DNA from: Candidatus Aldehydirespiratoraceae bacterium
GTDB lineage: Bacteria; Actinomycetota; Acidimicrobiia; Acidimicrobiales; Aldehydirespiratoraceae
DNA: 64,000 nt
Direction: 5' to 3'
Assembly: GCA_965221585.1 (NCBI GenBank)
Contig: OZ244898.1
Location: forward strand, 2,489,083-2,553,082
The position numbers were made by a program, and so were the translations under genes. Below, piece by piece: positions 58,435 to 64,000 of this stretch. The notes beneath the pieces were generated by a model. That model saw nothing but the letters and a program-made list of their open reading frames with translations, did no database searches and was not told the DNA's origin. Each line of letters starts with the position of its first letter. Position 1 is the stretch's first letter.

Positions 58435-59858
58435 CAGCCCTCCCGCGTGGAGACGGTCCGCACCGGACGCACCTTCCAGAAATAGTTGTGGATCTCGTCG
58501 CTGGTGAAGAGGCGCCTGAACGTCGGTTCGACTCGCCCTCCCACTTCAACCTCGTCGGCAGCGACATCTGTGAGTTCCAGCGGTGCTCGTCCTCCCCCGT
58601 CAAAATCAACGACCGCAAAGACCACCGGAGGGCTCGGCGAATACACCAACTTGTCGACTGTGAAGCTGGCGATGGTGCCGGGGGTGTCGGCCATAGGGAT
58701 CGGCTCCATGTCGTCCACCGCACCGCCCTTCTCCGACACCCGCGCCGGTGGGAGATGGACCATCTGGGAGGAACGGTCACGTGTGCCGACGAACCCGAAC
58801 TTCCAGTCCTCACGGCGGTGAGCAGCGCTCGCTGACGGCCGATTGGGCGCTGGTCGGTTCGGAGGCTCAACCGCAACCATCTGACGCCACGACAGATACT
58901 TGCCGTAGCTGACAGCGCCGCCCGTTGCTATCTGTGCCGATACCGTCGACGACCCTGGCTGTTCAACGATCGCCTCGGTTGTGCGCAACACCACCGCTTC
59001 GACGCCATCCGCTAGAACGACCAGCACGATGACCTCGTCCGGGCCCGCTGACTCGAGGGCTGTGGCGAGCATCAGTGATCCATGGGCGGTACCGGTGTTG
59101 CCGACCGTGTCGGCCAGGTCGTCGACCAGGTTCGCGGTCGGAACCCCGAGCCGCGCCCGGTTGCGCTTCACCGCCCGGTTGTGCATCCCAGTCAACGCCA
59201 GGTGGTCGACATCATCGCTGGTGATGCCCGCGTCGGCGAGGGCCGCTTCAAAGGCTGTTCGGATCAGCGGCGTGTAAGCGACTTCGCCGAACCGTTCCTC
59301 CCAGACACGGGAACGGGCCGCACCCGGAAGCCGCCAACGTTCCAGGAGTTCGTCGGTGGCTACACCGCAGCCGAGATACTCAGCGATGACAGTGCCGGCG
59401 CTCTCGTCTCCGATCAGAAGTGCTGCGGCGCCGTCACCACCGGTCGCTTCGTCGCTCGAGGTGGCCATGCCGTCACGAATGTCTGATGCCACGACCAGGG
59501 TGGTGCCCAGCCCAGAGAGCGCTGTGCGCAAGGTGCCGATCCCGGAGCGCAGCGCTCCTCCCATGTCAAGCGCCCCGACGGAGGGCCCTAGACGAAGCGC
59601 CGCGTGGATCGCGGTGGCGTTGGTCTTCTCCAGATACGCGGGCGTCGATGTGGCGAACCAGAGAGAGTCCACCGCGACGTCGCCGGCGTCGCGCAGCGCA
59701 TTGCGTGCCGCCGCGGCTCCCATCGTCGTGGTGTCCTCGTCGTAGGACGCTACTGCGCGGGTTCCCTGGCCTCCTCCCTTCCCGAACAGCGCCGCGATCT
59801 CCCGTCGATCAAGACGGTGATGTGGAACGTGGACCCCGGCGGCGATGATGCCACGCAT
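58434..59858 (-). CDS. HMG-CoA synthase/FabH-like domain fused to a C-terminal DUF35 OB-fold
   Basis: DEDTTTMG, GDGAAALL, VGNTG; C-terminal GTIASFTVD...VVDFDGGGR...TFRRL...NYFWK. Confidence 0.85.
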   Translation of the reverse strand: MRGIIAAGVHVPHHRLDRREIAALFGKGGGQGTRAVASYDEDTTTMGAAAARNALRDAGDVAVDSLWFATSTPAYLEKTNATAIHAALRLGPSVGALDMGGALRSGIGTLRTALSGLGTTLVVASDIRDGMATSSDEATGGDGAAALLIGDESAGTVIAEYLGCGVATDELLERWRLPGAARSRVWEERFGEVAYTPLIRTAFEAALADAGITSDDVDHLALTGMHNRAVKRNRARLGVPTANLVDDLADTVGNTGTAHGSLMLATALESAGPDEVIVLVVLADGVEAVVLRTTEAIVEQPGSSTVSAQIATGGAVSYGKYLSWRQMVAVEPPNRPAPNRPSASAAHRREDWKFGFVGTRDRSSQMVHLPPARVSEKGGAVDDMEPIPMADTPGTIASFTVDKLVYSPSPPVVFAVVDFDGGGRAPLELTDVAADEVEVGGRVEPTFRRLFTSDEIHNYFWKVRPVRTVSTREG

Positions 59859-59996
59859 GCGCTCTCCTGTGGCTCAAGAGCCTCGATCAGTTATGACAAT
59901 GCGCATCAGACCCTACACGCTGACATCGGTCGCCCCCGCATCGCCCCGCGCCCGCGGCGTGCACCCGGCTGCCTTGAACCGCCGTAGCCTGAACCG

Positions 59997-61499
59997 ATGT
60001 CCCGACGGCGTCACCGACAGACCGGGCCCCCTCCGGCGATGACCACCCCACCGCCGGAGGGCGGGGCCTACCGCCCGCTGGCGGACAGCGACGCGGAGGC
60101 CATCACAGACCACGCCTTCGCGATCCTCGAACAGGTCGGGTTGGACGACGCGCCGCCCGCGACCCGTGACCGGCTGATCGCGGCGGGAGCGCACCAGCGC
60201 GGCGACGGGCGGCTCACGTTCCCTCGTCAGATGGTCGAACGGGCCGTCGAGCGGTCGCCGTCTCGGGTTGACCTGCCCGGATTCGTCGAGGACCGGGGCC
60301 TCACGGTCGGCGGCGGGACAGTGCACGTCGGAACCGGCGGGGCGGCGGTCCAGGTGCTCGACGCTGCAACCGGCACCTACCGCAACTCCACCCTCGCCGA
60401 CCTGTGGTCGCTGATGCGGGTCCTCGACGAATGTCCCAACATCCACTACGGCCTGCGACCGCTCATCGGCCGCGACGCCCCGACCGGGTCGGCCCTCGAC
60501 CTCAACACCGCCTTCGCCTGCGTCTCGGCCACCAGCAAACCGACTGGCGTCAGCTTCACAGACGCCAGCAGCGTGGATCCTGTCGTCACACTGTTCGATC
60601 TCGCCCTCGGCACCGAGGGCGCCTTCGCGAGACAACCGTTCTGCATGGCGGTGGTCGTACACGTCGTGCCCCCGTTGAGATTCAGCCCCGAGGGCTGCGA
60701 CATCATCGACGCCGCCGTCTCGCGGGGCATGGTCATCCAGACCTGCTCCGCCGGCCAGGCCGGGGCCACCAGCCCGCCATCGCTGGCCGGTGCCCTCGCC
60801 CAGGGGCTGGCCGAGACCCTGGCAGCCGTGGTCCTGGTCGACACGGTCCGGCCCGGCCACCCGGCGATCCACGCCTTCATGCCGTTCGTGTCGGACCTCC
60901 GGACCGGGGCCATGACCGGAGGGGGCGGCGAGTCCGCCGTGGCCGCGGCAGCTGCTGCTCAACTGCTCGGCGCGCTCGGGCTGCCGCACGCAGTGTCAGC
61001 CGGTATCACCGACTCGAAGACTGCCGACAACCAGGCCGGGTACGAGAAGGGCTACACCATGGCCCTGGCTGCCCACGCAGGCGCCGACATGGTCCAGCTC
61101 TCGGTCGGCATGCTGGGATCGATCACGGTCGCTTCGGCCGAGGCGCTCGTCATCGACGACGAGATGAGCGCAGCCATCCTCCGCTCGGTCCGAGGGATCG
61201 ACCTGGAGCGCGACACCCTGGATCTCGACATGGTCGAGTCGGTGGTGACAGGCGACGGCCACTATCTGGGGCACCACCGGACGCTTGAGTTGATGCGAAC
61301 CGAGTACGTCTACCCCACCATCGGCGACCGAGCCTCCGTGGCCGAATGGGAAGCTGCCGGTCGCCCCTCCATCTGGGGCCGGGCCCGCGACCGGGTGGCC
61401 GACATCCTCGGACAGGGCCGTCCCGAGCACCTGTCCCACGCGGCAGAGAAGGCCATCCGAGCCCGATTCGACATCCTCCTCGACGAGCAGCGGTCGTGA
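59997..61499 (+). CDS. Trimethylamine methyltransferase (MttB) superfamily, non-pyrrolysine member
   Basis: GTGGAA, VPPLRF, AGATSPPSLAG, DLRTG, TDSKTADNQAGYEK, GHYLG; no in-frame TAG. Confidence 0.9.
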   Translation: MSRRRHRQTGPPPAMTTPPPEGGAYRPLADSDAEAITDHAFAILEQVGLDDAPPATRDRLIAAGAHQRGDGRLTFPRQMVERAVERSPSRVDLPGFVEDRGLTVGGGTVHVGTGGAAVQVLDAATGTYRNSTLADLWSLMRVLDECPNIHYGLRPLIGRDAPTGSALDLNTAFACVSATSKPTGVSFTDASSVDPVVTLFDLALGTEGAFARQPFCMAVVVHVVPPLRFSPEGCDIIDAAVSRGMVIQTCSAGQAGATSPPSLAGALAQGLAETLAAVVLVDTVRPGHPAIHAFMPFVSDLRTGAMTGGGGESAVAAAAAAQLLGALGLPHAVSAGITDSKTADNQAGYEKGYTMALAAHAGADMVQLSVGMLGSITVASAEALVIDDEMSAAILRSVRGIDLERDTLDLDMVESVVTGDGHYLGHHRTLELMRTEYVYPTIGDRASVAEWEAAGRPSIWGRARDRVADILGQGRPEHLSHAAEKAIRARFDILLDEQRS

Positions 61500-63955
61500 C
61501 GGACCAGGCCCGCACCGTGGTAATCGGCGGCGGCGCGGTCGGTGCCTCGGTGCTGTGGCATCTGGCCCAGGCCGGCGAGACCGACGCCCTGCTCGTGGAG
61601 AAGCACGAACTGACCGCCGGTTCGAGCTGGCACGCGGCGGGCAACGTCCCCACCTTCTCCAACAGCTGGCTCGGCCAACGAGCCGGGAACTATGCCTACA
61701 GGCTCTACACGCAACTCGCCGACGATCCCGACGACCCGATCACCTACCGCCACACCCGCGCGATCTGGCCCGGCCACACCACCGAACGGATCGACCATTT
61801 CCACCATGTCATCGGGATCGCCACCGGCCTCGGTCTCGACCTGCACCTCGTGTCGGTGTCCGAGATGGAGGCGATGCACCCGTTCTGGCACGACGACGGC
61901 TCCGTCATCGCCGGCCTCCTCGACCCCTACGAGGGTGACATCGACCCCAGCGGTCTTACCCACGGACTCGCCCGCCGGGCCCGCAGGCTCGGGGCCAGGG
62001 TCCGACGCCACACCCGGGTGGTCGACATCGAACGGCGGTGCGCCAGTTGGCGAATCCACGTCGACACAGCTGACGGGCGCGACGTGATCGACTGCGAGAT
62101 CGTGGTCAACGCGGCAGGGTTCTATGCGGGAGAGGTCAGCCGCATGGCCGGCTGCGACATCCCGCTGGCCGTGCTCGAGCACCAGTACCTTGTCACCGCC
62201 CCCGTCGCCGAACTGGCCCAGTGCCGCGAGCCGCTCCCGCTGGTTCGCGATCCCGAGATCATGTTCTACCTCCGGCGGGAACAGGACAGCCTCCTGTTCG
62301 GCAGCTACGGCCACGAGGGACGCACTGTCTGGGAGCAGAGCCTCCCCGACAGCTTCGACTCGGCGCTGTTCGCAGAGTCCACCGACGATGTCACGGCGGT
62401 TGCTGCTCGGGCCATGGCCCACGTACCGCTGCTGGGCGAGGTCGGTATCGCCCGGTTCGTCAACGGCCCCATCGCCTACAGCCCCGACGCCAGTCCCCTG
62501 GTGGGCCCGGCCGCCGGACTCCCCGGCTTCTACCAGGCAGCCGGGCTCCAGATCGGCATAACTCACGCCGCAGCAGCCGGCAAGTGCCTCGCCGAGATGA
62601 TCACCGGCGGCGAGACCGAATGGGACATGTGGCCCTGGGACCCACGACGCTTCGGCCCCTGGGCGCTCGCCGGTTCCGGAAATGGCAGCTACGCCAACGC
62701 CCGAACGCGTGAGCTGTACGAGCACCAGTACGCCGAACCGTTCCCGCATCGCATCTGGCAGTCGGCTAGGCCCGTACGCCAGTCGCCGCTCTATACCGAT
62801 CTGGCGGCCAGAGGCGCGAACTTCGGCCAGGTCGCAGGCTGGGAACGGGCTTTCTGGTTTTCCCCCACCACGCGCTACGACCATCGAACAGCCAGCTACC
62901 GCGACGAACCCTGGCACCGCAGCGTCGAGGCCGAGTGCCTCGCCGTTCGGGACGGCGTCGGCGTCATGGACCATGCAGGCTTCGCCCGCTACGACGTCAC
63001 GGGACCGGATGCCACGGCGTTCCTCGACCGGGCCTTCTGCACGCGGCTGCCCCAGCCTGGCCGGGTCCGCCTAGCCTACATGCTCCGAGGCAACGGCACC
63101 GTTTGGAGCGAGGCCACGATCGCCCGCCTCGCCGCCGACCGGTACCTCGTCCTGGGGCCGACCGCGGCCCGCGAACGCGACTTCGACTGGCTGCGACACC
63201 ACCTGGATCCCGACGAGGATCTGCAGTTGAGACACAGCACCGAGCGGACCTCCACGCTCATGGTCATGGGACCGGCGAGCCGCGAGCTGCTGTCGCGGCT
63301 CAGCGATGACGACCTTTCCCGAGACGGCGCACCGTGGATGTCGGCCCGCTCGATCACCGTGGCGGGGGCCGAGGCAACAGCGTTGCGGGTCAGCTTCGTT
63401 GGCGAACTGGGCTGGGAGCTACACCTCGACGACCAGGATCTCACCCCCGTCTATCACGCTCTTCACCGATCGGGCACCGATCTCGGACTCCGCGACTTCG
63501 GTTCTTACGCGCTCGACTCCATGCGGATCGAAAAGGGTTATCACGGCTGGCAGACCGAGTTCGGGGTCGAGTACACACCCCAGGACTCCGGGCTCGAACG
63601 CTTCGTGCATCCGGACAAGGGCGATTTCATCGGCCGCGACGCCGTGCTGGCCAGAAACGGCCGGCCGGCGGCTTGGTCCTACGGCATCTGGACGGCGGAC
63701 CTCTCAGAGCTCCCCGGCAGGCCCGGCGACCCAGCACCCTCGGCCACCATCCGCGTCAACGGCGAGGTGGCCGGTTATGTCACCTCAGCCAGTCCGGGTT
63801 TCCGAACCGGCACCCGAGCGTGCCTCGGCTATGTTCGGGACCGCTACGCGCAGGCCGACAGCGGCTTCACCATTGACGCGTTCGGCACCCTCTGCCCCGC
63901 CACCCGCCACCGGCACGCCGTCTACGACCCCGACCACGAGCGACCCCGAAGCTAG
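61496..63955 (+). CDS. GcvT-family FAD-dependent oxidoreductase (dimethylglycine/sarcosine dehydrogenase-like)
   Basis: VIGGGAVG, GSSWHAAG, EHQYLVT, SFVGELGWELH, MRIEKGY; GTGA overlap with the MttB gene. Confidence 0.9.
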   Translation: MTDQARTVVIGGGAVGASVLWHLAQAGETDALLVEKHELTAGSSWHAAGNVPTFSNSWLGQRAGNYAYRLYTQLADDPDDPITYRHTRAIWPGHTTERIDHFHHVIGIATGLGLDLHLVSVSEMEAMHPFWHDDGSVIAGLLDPYEGDIDPSGLTHGLARRARRLGARVRRHTRVVDIERRCASWRIHVDTADGRDVIDCEIVVNAAGFYAGEVSRMAGCDIPLAVLEHQYLVTAPVAELAQCREPLPLVRDPEIMFYLRREQDSLLFGSYGHEGRTVWEQSLPDSFDSALFAESTDDVTAVAARAMAHVPLLGEVGIARFVNGPIAYSPDASPLVGPAAGLPGFYQAAGLQIGITHAAAAGKCLAEMITGGETEWDMWPWDPRRFGPWALAGSGNGSYANARTRELYEHQYAEPFPHRIWQSARPVRQSPLYTDLAARGANFGQVAGWERAFWFSPTTRYDHRTASYRDEPWHRSVEAECLAVRDGVGVMDHAGFARYDVTGPDATAFLDRAFCTRLPQPGRVRLAYMLRGNGTVWSEATIARLAADRYLVLGPTAARERDFDWLRHHLDPDEDLQLRHSTERTSTLMVMGPASRELLSRLSDDDLSRDGAPWMSARSITVAGAEATALRVSFVGELGWELHLDDQDLTPVYHALHRSGTDLGLRDFGSYALDSMRIEKGYHGWQTEFGVEYTPQDSGLERFVHPDKGDFIGRDAVLARNGRPAAWSYGIWTADLSELPGRPGDPAPSATIRVNGEVAGYVTSASPGFRTGTRACLGYVRDRYAQADSGFTIDAFGTLCPATRHRHAVYDPDHERPRS

Positions 63956-64000
63956 CGGGCCACCGTCACCGGCGTTGTCACCCCGCGCGGAGTTCGGCGA

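Noticed and set aside
59997-61499. Pyrrolysine recoding in the MttB-family gene
   Set aside because: The ORF is uninterrupted, has no in-frame TAG, and no pyl genes are present.

Overview
High-GC actinobacterial DNA. The mycothiol-dependent MscR, F420-type LLM enzyme, SLH-domain surface protein and many leaderless starts suggest class Acidimicrobiia (inference). Most of the window is catabolic: CoA-transferases, acyl-CoA dehydrogenases, thiolases, amidohydrolases, a sulfatase::DJ-1 fusion operon, and a ~23-kb LacI-controlled divergon. One arm of the divergon carries xylAB, a PhyH dioxygenase and an oxidoreductase; the other carries iolE/C/D/G/B, an inositol-type ABC system with an oversized permease, and a MocD-MocE fusion. 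Also present are ino1 and an MttB-family/dimethylglycine dehydrogenase-like pair. The most striking feature is an AT-richer islet (~3.1-5.85 kb). In it a Cre-like tyrosine recombinase lies next to two inversely oriented lox-like sites (shared core GATA[C/A]TTGCTGTTAT) that bracket a ~350-bp segment carrying a TTGACA promoter. This is a candidate invertible switch between the recombinase and a small bacteriocin-like secreted-protein operon. A candidate ~120-nt structured RNA with its own promoter and terminator lies at ~48.5-48.65 kb. No rRNA, tRNA or CRISPR array was seen. All calls come from motif recognition by eye; no searches were run.
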